From the NCBI GenBank assembly GCA_965649765.1, contig OZ287751.1:30814001-30878000 (forward strand): 64,000 nucleotides of DNA. The letters are read 5' to 3'. The stretch is from Bispira polyomma. Its lineage: Eukaryota. Within the stretch, counting starts at the first letter, position 1. Every line of letters starts with the position of its first letter. A model generated the notes under the pieces. It was not told where the DNA came from. It saw only the letters and a program-made list of their open reading frames with translations, and did not search any database. Of this stretch, positions 14,395 through 27,100 are shown one piece after another. The position numbers and the translations under genes were made by a program.

Positions 14395-14578
14395 CGGCCG
14401 TGGCTTTATGTGGGAAAGTTGCCAGTTACTTATTGCTGATGCCGGGTAGTTTACAGTGTAGAATCTTGACCAACTACTATGCACTGCTTCCCCTACCAGT
14501 AAAACTGCTTGTCATGATACTATACTATGTGTTGAAAGTGACGTTAAACCCCAATCAATCAATCAAGCAATCAATCAG
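14395..14578 (+). mobile_element. Related SINE family B, 5'-deleted
   Basis: Body homologous to family A (tgtgggaaag...gacgttaaa) with a (CAAT)n tail. More diverged relatives lie near 34217-34460, 46822-47045 and 51680-51900 (-). Confidence 0.7.
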
Positions 14579-15489
14579 CAGTCGAATAAGTTTCAGTATC
14601 AGCCCAAGGGCCAATAGGTATTCAGGCCCAAGGGCTGTTAATTCTATAATGATGTACCAATGAAAAACTTCAGCTAAAGGGCTTTTAATTTTTAAATTGA
14701 GAGTGTAAAACGGTAAAAGATATTATACCAAATGACCCTATATATAAAATGCATTATTGATAAAGAGAAACATCAGTTTTATCACAAGAAGCATAAAGAT
14801 TGCATGGCCGGTGGGGGGGGGGGGTCGGGTTTGACGGGACATTGGTACCCAGTCTCAGCCCGTATTCACTAATGGACTTGGCCAAGTCTTAGACTTACAT
14901 CTAGTGTACTTTTGCGTTAGATTTAAGCCTAAGGCTTGGCTATTAAGTCAGTTAGTAAACACAGGCCTTGCTAAGTAATTGAATATGCAAAACTACGGAA
15001 CCATTATTAGCTTTAAAAAAACAAAAGTTTCTGGCAGGAGCTCAGTCACTGAGCAACCTTATCAGCTCACTAAGAAGGGACACAGGTTGAGCTCCTTTTT
15101 ATGTCACTTTTTGCTGCAGTGTGATAGTGTGTGGATGAGGGAGTGGGGGAGGGGGTACAATGGTCTCAATGGGAGATGCAAGAAAAATCTACTGTATAGA
15201 TTAAAGTGGCATTTTCTCTGGGTGATATCTTCACTCAGCTGGTGTGTGTGGGGATTTGTACTGGTATAGTTTGCGAACCACAACCATATTGTGTGTCTTG
15301 GGGATCACATTTCACTATGCTGAAGACCCGTAAGTTAAACAACTTACTACTCTTATAAAGGATTATATGAGTTTGTTAATAATAACGCGATTGTGAAATT
15401 TCTAAACATGTTTAGAAAATGCCCCGATTTGAAATTTTACCCCTCTCTGGGCCAGGATAATCGGGAGTACCCCCGAGTAACCCAAATGC

Positions 15490-15640
15490 CACCCAGGTTG
15501 ATCTGGGTGTATTTCCCCCTCCATCCCGCTAAAACAACATAATAGAATCCTCATTGTTGTAAAGATCAACCTGGGTGATCTTCCCGATTGTTGGGATCAA
15601 CCTGGGTAACTTTCCCGATTGTTAGGATCAACCTGGGTGG
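15490..15640. repeat. ~30 bp tandem repeat (3 copies) with an upstream inverted copy
   Basis: gatcaacctgggt occurs three times; acccaggttgatc at ~15491. Confidence 0.75.
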
Positions 15641-16422
15641 CTTGTTGCAGTTGAATCGTTGGGTCCTTCAAGATCACCCTTGTCTTAGCTAAGATTTGGA
15701 GGTGAACTGGTATGGCTTTCGACATACAGGTTGATGTTTTCAATTTATCTCTTAAGATATCCACCCAAAAAAAATTCCATCTCTTGACAGAGGTTATTTT
15801 ATAACTATTTCCGCATCTAAGAGGTAATCAAGAGGATTTAATCGGTCTCAGAAACTTACTTAAACACATGATCCCTAACAACCCTGGAGGCAAAACTTAA
15901 GACTACTTCCTCCAGAGGTCTTAAAGTTTAGACAAAACTTGAGTCTAAATTTTGTGTAAGACATTTTACAAATCCCACTTTTGGCTAAGGAAAATCTAAA
16001 ACTTAAGACACAACCTAAGAGATAAGACAGAATTAAGACCTATTTGGATTCCAGTCACTGTGTCCATATGCACGAACATTCTTACACTTAGAATTACTCT
16101 TCAAAGAAAACATAAATTTTCCGAGAAACATTCTGAGAATAAGAATTCTAAGGTAAATGTTGACTAATTGGGTAAAATAGTTGTGTACAAAACAGGTAGC
16201 ATTAATAGTTTAGTTTGTTGACTAGCATGGAGCTGTTGTTTGTTGAAAAGTTACATTGAAAAAATATTTTTATGACAGGTCTTAGAAATTGTTATTCTTA
16301 GAATTAAGGGTCTGTCATTTACCGACTACAGGAACTTGTATAATCATAAGTAAATGATTTTTACTTAAAGTCTTTGGTCTTCACTTTGGAGGGGTGGTGG
16401 ATGGGAGGTATATATTAGTATA

Positions 16423-16546
16423 TATATCAGTCACTGATATGACTTACCTATACATGTTTAGTCCATATATCAGTCACTGATATGACTTACCTATACATGT
16501 TCAGTCCATATATCAGTCACTGATATGACTTACCTGTGCATGTTCA
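16423..16546. repeat. ~43 bp minisatellite, 3 copies
   Basis: atatatcagtcactgatatgacttacctatacatgtt(t/c)agtcc repeated. Confidence 0.95.
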
Positions 16547-17977
16547 GACAAGCAAAGCTAAATGAGTCCATTTAGTCTTCCAAGAGAAGAAAGAATATAG
16601 TGAAACTTCTATTATCAGAACATGCTGAGAAAGCTCTTTGAATAATAGAATGTTCATAGAATAGCAGTGTCTTTATTTGAATAATACAAGTTTGGATGAT
16701 AGAGCTTCTACTGCACTGTGATTCTAATAGCAGCATACAAACACAAAATGGATGCTGTGCTAGATATGGATCAGTGCTCAGCAGAGTCAACATGTCTTTT
16801 AAAAATCCTCTGTCAAATTACTTTAAAAGCCCGGTTATAGCTGAGATTTTGCCTGCCATGGGAACTTTCTTCTTCTTAATGGAACACACAGTAATGGAAA
16901 TGTTGTGTTTGTTGCCAAAATGTTCTTTGTCGCTGCTTTTACAATGACAATTTACACATGCATGCCAAACCAAAACAGTAATTGTAATAGAAGGATGTAT
17001 TTATATAGAACATTTCACAAGTGTTTAACCTTTGGCCTTGTCTTTTATATTAACGATGTATTCTTTGTCTTTTACATTAATGATGTATTCTTTTTGGAAT
17101 CTACCAAGAAATTATACATGTTTTAAATTGACATTGAAATCCTTAAAAAAGTTATCTTTTAAAAACAGATTTTTAATAGACATTAGCAATAGGTATTAAA
17201 CAAGTTGTTTAAATTTAGCCTTCTAACTAGGTAACTGAGTTTTGATTTTGGTGGAATGCGTCAGCAGCTTATGTGTCAAAAATCACTTTTTGTGGCACAT
17301 CATTGTCATTAGTAATAAACTTAATGTAAAATAGATTTAATTTACTAATGTAATCCTGTGTAACATGTAGCTATGTTAACCACACCATGCCATGTTAGCG
17401 TAAAAATCAAAGCATTGTCGAGGACAGAAAACTCTGTCTCGCTAAGACCAAACCTTTGTTATCAGATAAAACAGTTGGTCAACCTAATACTGATAGTACT
17501 CCTTTATTAGCAAACAGTAAAGGGTTCAACAGACCCAGCAATGGATTCGGGTGAATACAAAAAATATTCTTTGTGATTGTGTAATAAGTTAAAAACAGTA
17601 TTTTTTTTACTCAATAGTAGCAGTCTAAAAGTAGTTGAAACAGTAGTGTATCCTAGCAACGAGAACAAAAACCCACCCTAACAAGTACTGTGTAGTTCTT
17701 CTCAGTTCAAAGTAACATAAAGGGACTTGACAGTGTCACCTTCTTTCTGGAGACCTGTATCAACTCATTCCAAGACACAGTCAATTAATTAGCATGCCCA
17801 AGGCCAAAGATGAAGGCATATGAAATACAAGCTGTTTGCAAGTTGATGCAAATTCTAAAGATATAGTGATGAGGGTTTTTCCATGTAATTCTACTTGAAC
17901 AGATAGGATCTCTGATTTCTAGTTTTCTTATGTTTTCTTATGTGTATTTCTTCTGTTCCTTCCAAGTTCTTTGACTT

Positions 17978-18234
17978 TGAATTTGAATTTGGATATTTAA
18001 CGTCCACTCTAGTACCTTTTAGTAGGTTATATTGGGACGGGCAGTTGGAAACGCTGGAGGAAACACTGCATACAGTCGGTGAAGGTTCTGCAGAGAAACC
18101 AGCGGCCCACAGTAAGGAACTACCACCTTTCCCACATAGGCATCGACGGGATTCGAACTCACGCCGCCCAGAGAGGGGAGAGAGCAGTGATTGTGAAGCA
18201 CAATGCTTGCTAACCACTAGGCCACCGCGGCCCC
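17978..18234 (-). mobile_element. tRNA-derived SINE, family A, copy 2
   Basis: Reverse complement of family A; TSD tctttgactt; (CAAATT)n tail. Confidence 0.92.
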
Positions 18235-19738
18235 TCTTTGACTTACTTAAAGCTTTTATACAACAGGTTGTTCTTTAAAATATCATAGTAGATTCTGTAT
18301 AATGTTGCATGTCCAAAATATCCACAGGATTGGGTTCTAGCTACTTATAGGTAACTTCTACTTATACATAATTAAAAACTGATGCTTTTAAAGGTTGGGC
18401 CTAGAAAATTGGTTGCAGTTTTAGAGAAACTTGTCTTGTATTGATTCTAGTTACAGTGAATCGAAAATGTTATTTATAGGCAATAGGTATTCAAATCCGA
18501 TCCATTACAATTTCCGGCCTAAACATTTTTTTAACGTCACAATAAAGATGCTTTATACATAAAAATGCCAATACAAACTTTGAATTTTTGAAATAGAAAT
18601 GTTTGCAAACGTTTTTAACTGCTATGACACAAACAACTTACACAAATTTTTAAAAGACTGGAAAGTGGTACACCACCATCATATAGAGATATAATCAGTA
18701 GTATCAATTCCAGCAAACTATAAATTTTGTTCTTCTAATTAAAAAAAATAATACAAAGTAATATTATCTTGAGTTTATTAGAATGGATAAATGTTCCTGT
18801 CCTCGAGCTTATGTGGTGACTTGTTGCGGGCGTGGGTGGGGTGGAGGTGGGGGGGGGGGGGGGATATTGAGATAGAATTACTAATATAGATGGTAAGAAT
18901 TTGATTAGTTGTAACTGAAGACAGGTCATAAAAATTTGAAATACATGTAAAGTGAAAACAAAGATATTGTTAAACCCCTTTAAAACTCAGCAGCATTGTC
19001 CATTGATGAAAAGAAGATGTTATTAAAGTTACTACAATTAACTGTAATGACACAGAAAGATGTAATTAAAACAAGGTCAAGCAAAACATTAACAGCAACT
19101 AAATAGTGGCAACGATGAATGCATTTAAATAATTGTAAAATTTAAACAATTTTTAACAAATGTCAGTTTTATAACTCTGACATCAATATCATTGTAGATT
19201 GTAACAAAATTAATGTATGTTATATATAGTTTCTTCTAATTAACCATTTTTTACAAAAGTAATGTACAGTGTATATAATGTTTAACCATTTGTTATAAAA
19301 TTAATGTACATTGTATATACTTTCCTTCTGTTTAACCATTTCGACCCTAAGATAAAACTATCGGCGGGAATTGAAGTCTGACAATTGGGGGTACTTTAAG
19401 AATTTAAGTAAGGTAGGATCCATGTTAGTGTTCTCTGTTTTTGAAAATAGAGGACAGTTACTTGTTCCCGTTAAATTGTACTTTGAATATACTTTCACAT
19501 ACCAAAGTTACGTATTCTCTGAAAAAGAGTTAAAATGGTTTTGATAATTAGAATAGTTTGCTCTTTTTAGTATAAATTTATGTTTAAAATTTCTGTGGTA
19601 ACGTTTGACATTGAATGTTAAACTTCTCTCAAAGAATCGGAGTCATTTTATAAAGGATGTAATAATTATCGTATTTTGTTTTTGTTTATTTTTTCAGACA
19701 TACACGTGAGCCTAGTTAAGGAAAACATTGCCGATGAC

Positions 19739-21149
19739 ATGCAATGTGTGATTCATTTACTTCTAATCTATAGTTTTCTGTTCTGCCTTCTGATACCACT
19801 AAGGCTAATTGAAGGACAAAACAATGGTCCATACTATGGACAGAAGATGGATGGGCAATCCAGACAGAAGGCCAACAACGTAAAACATCAATGGAAAGAT
19901 GAAGAAAATGGTGGGCAAGTTAGGGTAAAACCAGAATATAAAAACCAGGATGGTTTACAGGATTCGGAACCCAGGGCTGCACACAAGTATTCAGATGATG
20001 ATCTGCACCAGATTGGGGAAAGGAAACACAGAAAGAAAGAGCAGCGAGCGAAACTACAAGTGCAGGTGCGGAATGCTAGAAGTTTGGACAATGAACAGAA
20101 ACAGGAAACAGTTGAAAAGTACCAAGATGCAGGTGATCATGTAAATCTGCTACAACAGCCAATAAAGGATAATGCAGCACATTACCAGCAGCAAAGAAAG
20201 GAGTACAATGGAAACTATCAACAACCTGTAAATGAGAAAGTAGGAGATTATATAAAACCGAGAAAGCAGGATGCGGGGATTTACCAACAACCAGATAATG
20301 AGAACGTTGGGAATTATCCAAAACAACAGAACGATAATGAAGGAAATTACCAACAACAACAAGGGAAAGAGAAAGTAGTGAATTACCAACCACCTGCAAA
20401 TGAGAATGTAGGAAATTATCTAAAACCAAGGAAACAAGATGTAGGGAACTACGAACAGCCAGACACGGAGAATAGAGCGAATTACCTAAAGCAAAGGAAA
20501 GATGATGCACAGAATTATCAACAACCAGTCAATGATAATACAAGAAATTACAATCCAGCACTAAACAAAGACAACTACCAACAAGGGGGCAAAGAGAATG
20601 TAGAAAGTTACCAACTACCAGTGAAGGAGCATGATATGGTAGCAAATGCAAGAGGTTACCAGAGAGGGATGAATGAGAATGGAGGCAATCAACAGCAGCC
20701 AGAGAATGTAGGAAATATAGAAAATTACCAGCAAGTAGTAAAAGAGAAGATTGGGAATTATCAGCAACCTTTGAAGGATGGTGGACCCAATTATGAACAA
20801 CCAAGAAAAGAGAGTGCTGTGAATTACCAGAAAATGGAAAGAGATGGTGCTTTAAGTCTAAAAGAGGACAGAAAAACAGGAAAAAAGAAACGGATTGAAA
20901 GGTATCGGCGAAATGAAGATGTGCAACAGGAAAATGACGATTTATCAAGCAGAAACTATAAGAATAAGGGAAATGTGGAGTCCTTAAATGATAACAGATT
21001 AGAGGGCTTTAAAGAGACTGATTTGCATAAACTGGAGAATGTTCTTCTGAACTATAAGGACACAGAAGATAGAAAAAACAAATTAGATGCTGCCAAGCTG
21101 GAAAATGTCCACATGAAGGATGGGTATAATGTACTACCAACAATAGACA
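19739..21149 (+). CDS. Hexosaminidase coding exon 1: signal peptide plus Q/N/Y-rich repeat region (exon starts at 19698)
   Basis: Acceptor ttttttcag| ends at 19697. ATG at 19739 begins the hydrophobic [26 protein letters not shown]. Donor A|gtaagt at 21150, phase 1. Confidence 0.85.
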
Positions 21150-24100
21150 GTAAGTGGCACAGTTTCTATACAGATTGGAGTGTATCGCAAAAATATTTTG
21201 AACAATGAAAATTCAAGATTTATAATATTTCTTTAAATATCACTTCCTCTCGCCGGCAGATTAGATCTTGTAATTCCAGCCATTAAAATCAGCGACGATA
21301 CATATCCAGAAATTCTATGTATATGATATGACACAGCCATTAATGTTACTCTGAGTCGTGTTTGTTGCATCAAATCTAAGGAATAAAGCCTTTAAGTGTG
21401 TCTTGTTTTAAACAAACTAGATCCAAAGAACAATTTGTCAATGAATTTTCTGTGCCAACAAATAGTTATTTAGTATGTGGATATATACAATGTTTTATAT
21501 TCTATCTGCATTTTGACCTTAACTCTTAGCCTAGGCTTCCTTTCAGCAGTCACTAATGTAGTTTGCTTCCTTTCATCAAATATATAGTAAATATTTCAAT
21601 ATAAAAAAAAAATTTTTAATTTATGTTAGAAAATCGGACCGACCTCCCGATTTTTTTCCTCCCTGACCGATAAATTCTGATGGTGTAATAGACGTCGGCC
21701 GACGCCTGATCGGATCTAAAGAAAGGGTGTTAAATGGAAGCACTTGGTAGTATCATGTAAGGACCGATAATATCGGCCGATGTCAGCCAAGAAAAACATG
21801 CTGAAAGGAAGCCCAGGCTTACAATATAATGAACCATGATGAACCTTACAAATCTTGTCTGGTCTATGTATTAAGCCCTTTCAGACTTGAGATTGAGTTT
21901 AGTAAATGTATTCTAACCAGGATGTAGATGTATATTTCTTGGTGTCCGATGACCTCCCCATAAACCTTCCTCATTTGGGTGATGACGCTGAACTTTCATT
22001 TACAATATCTCAGTTTGCAATTGTCACAGGAAGATATATTTGGTACTTATAGTCCTACTATAGGCTATAGATGTGATTACATTGTAGTTGACCCTAGTTT
22101 TACCTTGGATTTAAGAGTTTTACTTTTGATCTACAGTAAAACCTCCATATAGTGAACACTCACAGGACCCAGCCAAAATGTTCACTAAAAAGAGGTGTTC
22201 ACTATTAAGTGGCAATCCTGGTTAAGTAAAAGTATTTTTACTTGTTATTTTAAGATTGACTTAAAAGGGGTACAACAGTAAAAAACTATAGCTATATAAT
22301 AACATTGTGAATGTGTTTGTTAACCCATTTATATAAATGTCAGCCGTTTGTACTGTGTATGAATATATGTTGTCCATAAGTAGATTGATTCAAGTCCAGA
22401 TATATATTGATACTATGTAGCAGCCATTTTTTTTGGCAGTTTGTTCACATCTTACTTAGTATATATTTGTCTTTTATAATAATTGTTTGGTTTGTTTCTT
22501 TTGAAGATAAATTAGTCGTCCAGCAGTCACAAGTTGGCCTGACAATGAGAAACAGAAGTGAGATCCGACCAGCTGAGTCCATTGCTGATGGAAATGCTCA
22601 GGGACTGTATGCAGTTAAAGATGGCCGTCAGCAGGACTCGGTGAATGAAGAAAATAGGAACCTAGAATATGTAAAGAAACAAGGTGATGATGCCTTAAGG
22701 AACAAAGACTTTGAATCTTACAAAAAGCAATCTGCTTTAGACAAAGCCAAGGATTTCTTAGTTCAACCACAAGATCCCTATGGTCAGAAGAAGGATGAAG
22801 ACCAGAATGCCAAACCATGGAAGAAAGACAAAGACGATTGGTATCCTCGTCAGAAAGAACTGGATCAGGACGCATTTCCCAATAAATTTCACCCCGAGTT
22901 ACCTGAAGATGAACAGAAACATAAGGAGTTTCATGTTGATACCAATATAGCAAAGTTTGGCAACATGGAAAGTGACATAGCAGAAGCTCAACGCGTCATT
23001 GGATCTGATTTTCGGCAAGGCAATATACCAAGGGCAAAGAAAAAGCTAACAAAAGGACCTGCAAGGCCACATCCTTCACAAAGAAAGAACGTACAATGGA
23101 TGGAAGAGTCTCAGTCTTATAATCTCAAACTATCTGCCAATGACCAGTTCCGTATTGGCTATGCTCCTATACCACGAGAAGGTACACCATGGCCTATGCC
23201 ACAGTTCTACACTCCAGGGACCAGAGTGTTCTTGTTAAAACCAGAAAACCTCCAGTTGAGCTCACTTGGTGAAAGCTGTGATATCTTAGAGTACTCGATA
23301 CAGAGGGCAAAGATGAACATGTTTGGGGAAGACAATGTCTCCTCGTCCTCAGAAGACCATCATAACTTCCATCTCTTCAGAGAAGAACAGACTGGATATC
23401 CAGAAATAAAAGTTCTTAATATAACAGTGCTGAAGGAGTGTGGCCTATTCCCACAGTATGACATGGACGAATCATGTAAGTAGATGTACATAGAATATTA
23501 TATTTTATTATCCACTGTGATATCATTGTGACGTTTTCGTGGTTGATACCAGGCTTGTATTGTACTAATTATCTTCTTTCATCATATATTTTTTTAATAT
23601 ACACCAGTTGGGCAGTTTTACTATTGTATTACAGTGGAACCTCTATTATTTGAACATGTTGTGAGACCAAGAGTTTTGTTTGGATAATAGAAGGTTCATA
23701 AAATGAAAGAGGCATTTCTGTTTAAAACAATAGGAAATCACAAATTTAGGAGAGTGGAATATTGGATAGTAGAGGTTCTCCTATATATAATTTTAACGCC
23801 TTTATTGATGTGAGGCATCTTCTGAAGTGCAACAGCTGAATCAGTCAACCAATCATGTGTCCTACAACATAGCCTGGGTCGTCATCAGTAGGCAATAGCA
23901 TGTTCACATCTTGCCCAAATATTATTCTACCAATTAGCTTTGTGACATTAGCTGGAGTCGAACTGGGGACCTTGTCATCACCAGACCAACTCCCCACTGG
24001 GAGTTGAACCAGTTACCTACTGATCACCAGACTAACTCCCTAATTTCTAGGCCACGGGAGACCACATAATTTAGAGCAAAAACCCCTTTAAGTAGAACTC

Positions 24101-27100
24101 TGCTGACCCAGCCTCCCTATTACAAGACATGCCTTTATTATCCCACCATGTTTGGAGGGGAAGATTTTGTGAGGACAATTCTGGAAGGTTCACAAAATAG
24201 AACAAAATAAAAGACATATTTTAGTTTTAAGAATAGAACTACATGTACTGTAAATTCAGAATAAACAATGTTCCGTACAACTTGGATCATTATAATTACT
24301 CAACGTACAATTGATGGCACAGCAAATTTGAAAAATGCTATAATGCCTCAAAAATACAGACAAAAGAAGGGGAGGGGGGGGGGTCTGTCTCTAAGGCCTA
24401 TTCTTGGCCCTCACAAAATATGAAAAAAAAAAATATTTTCATTTACATCAACTGCCAGCCAAATGACCAGGGATGGGGATATAGAATTGTATCACTATGT
24501 CAATTAGTCTGTGCCATTTGTCTCATTCTAACCAAACTCTTATGTGTTAATGGATTTTGTGAATTACCCAAAATAACATTCACCAAACCATTAAATTCAC
24601 ATATGAATACAGCAGAACCCACATAGATTTTTTAGACACAACAGTCAAATTCAATCCACAAAGAGAGCTCATCACTACCCTGTATAACAAACCCACTGAT
24701 ACACACTTGTATCGACACCACACTTCAGCACACCCAAAAACTGTTTTGGAGAAAGGTCCATATGGGCAATACCTCAGACTTAGGCGCATATGCACACTAA
24801 ATGAGGATTTCACCAGCAATGCCAAGAAACTCACTGAGTGCTACCTTGCTCGTGGTTACCCCATTAAATCCCTCAGGGGTCACTTCAGAAAGGCTAACAA
24901 ATTCACTCAAGCACAATTACTTGCAGTAAACAAAAGGGAGCAAAATGACCCTCAGTTTTAGTAACTGAATACAACCCAATAAACCCAGACATTAAAGGGC
25001 TCATTAAACATAATTGGAATATTATCCAACACACAGATGACCTAAAGAAAATATTCAATGAAAAACCTATCATTGGATTCAAGAGGCTACCTAACCTCAG
25101 AGATAAACTTACCTCTGCCAAAATTTTGTACCCTGCAGATAGCTGTGAACAGTCAATAAATGACCTCCCACCTGTCTGTACCAGATTAGGCAAGTGCACA
25201 TACTACCCCAAACTTAAGAAACTGGATCAAATCACCAGTTTTCATACAAAAAAGGTTTACAAGTGTATTAATCTCCCACCAAAACCCCGTCTCACATGTG
25301 AATTATATTACTTGATTTACATGATCAACTGTAATCAATGTGGATTACAATACATAGGGGAAACCAAGAGGCCATTTAGACAAAGGATGTATGAACACAT
25401 AAGAAGTGTTAGCAATCCTAAACTACAGTCATCCACCCCAGTGTCAAGGCATTTTAGTCAGAAACAACACTCTACTAAAAATATGGAGTTCAGTATTGTC
25501 CATTGGTTAGGTTTGGATTATAAGGCAAATAGTACAGAGCGACGCAGGCGTCAGGAACTGTACTATATATGGGCCTTACCAACCCTTACCCCTACTGGGA
25601 TTAATATATTTGTGTGATGAGGCCCTCTTACCTGGCACCCTTACCCTAGTGCCCCCTTACCCTTTATATTCTTATATTGGGCCCTTCACTCAACAGAGCT
25701 CAAACGCCTATCTAGGCTCTATTGACGTCACAACGTCACGCTGACGTAACCCACCATTTTAACGTCACGTTACGATCAGGGCATTATGACGTCACCGTCA
25801 CCAGGCAATTCACCTTACTTACCTGGATATTTTGTCTGACTACACAATACAAGCTGTATTTGAATTGCCCATATACAAGTGGCACCTTTTTTTTAAAATT
25901 ATTTTTGTGAAAAAATTTTGTGGAAGATATTTGTAAATAAACAAATTCTGAATAATGTGGTTCATTTGCCACAGCACCTTCAGCAGGAAGTCGAATTTAA
26001 AGAGACACCTCAAATGAAGACATCAGGAATATAGAATCCACTGTACACTTTGTAACAAGGCCTTCAGGAGACCTGATTACTTAAAGAGGCACACATCTCA
26101 GTGCCCAAATAGACAAACAGATGTAATGTTCAAAAACATTCTAGACTGTATTGACACATAGGATTATTCCCCAGATTTATTCTCACAGGATGACATTTTG
26201 GATTTAGCGCAACACAATTCCTCAGCTCACCACCTGATGGACTGTGTCGTTACCACAGAAACTTTCACATACTACCTGGGCCAGTAATTCAACCCAGACA
26301 GATCTGTCAATCCTACCTGATTGTAGACAGAATACACATGTGGGAGTGAATACCTCACCTGTATTTTGGAGAGAAAAGTCTACCCAGATTAGCCCTATCA
26401 GGCTTTGCTCAGCTTCTACCTCACCACATGTGTTGATGCTGGATGAACAACCTACTGATCCTGATCCTACCACAAGCTCCACTCCAGCAACACCTGGAAA
26501 GGAGTTACCTTGTTACTACACTACTGAGTACCTCAAGGAACATGACCACCTAGGACTATTCCTTCCAGATTCTGTCCAGTTTGGGGACACTCTTAATCTA
26601 GAGGATCCTATACCGTCACAGCAAACGAATTCCTTTCAGTGGGGCAACTTACCCTTGGACTCTAGTAGTAAAGAATTCAACCTATTAGAATGTCTGGAAA
26701 ACATATGCATGGATTTATAGGATAATATCTCAAACTATAGGTATTATTTTGTGTATCATACTATATCGGATGGATTACTACCGAATAATCCATTATACTA
26801 TAAGCTTCAATTATTAATTTATTAGTATTATTATCCCTAACATGGTTTAAATTATTAAAGTTAATGTCTATTTTCTTTTTAATTATATTAGTGCATATGT
26901 ATATTCATTGGTGTATTATTCACACCACCTATTTAGGTTGTTTTCCTGTTTATACTTTATTAGTATTAAACCATTATGTACATGAAATACTATTTTATCT
27001 AACCAAATCCACTGCAATCACTGTTGCCTTGGTCAGCAGTAGGCTTGATTACTGCAACTCTCTGTTCCGTTCCCTATCTTGTAGTGACCTCAAACGTCTT

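Noticed and set aside
17891-18278. Overlapping ORFs of 108, 112 and 60 aa (similar peptides at 40903 and 57291)
   Set aside because: They are chance frames through SINE family A copies.
19888-20948. Several minus-strand and alternate-frame ORFs over coding exon 1
   Set aside because: Shadows of the repetitive purine-rich coding strand.
26015-26017. In-frame TGA as possible selenocysteine (some PLE clades encode selenoproteins)
   Set aside because: It is not at a Cys position of the finger, is best explained as CGA>TGA decay, and the ORF has other lesions including a TAG.
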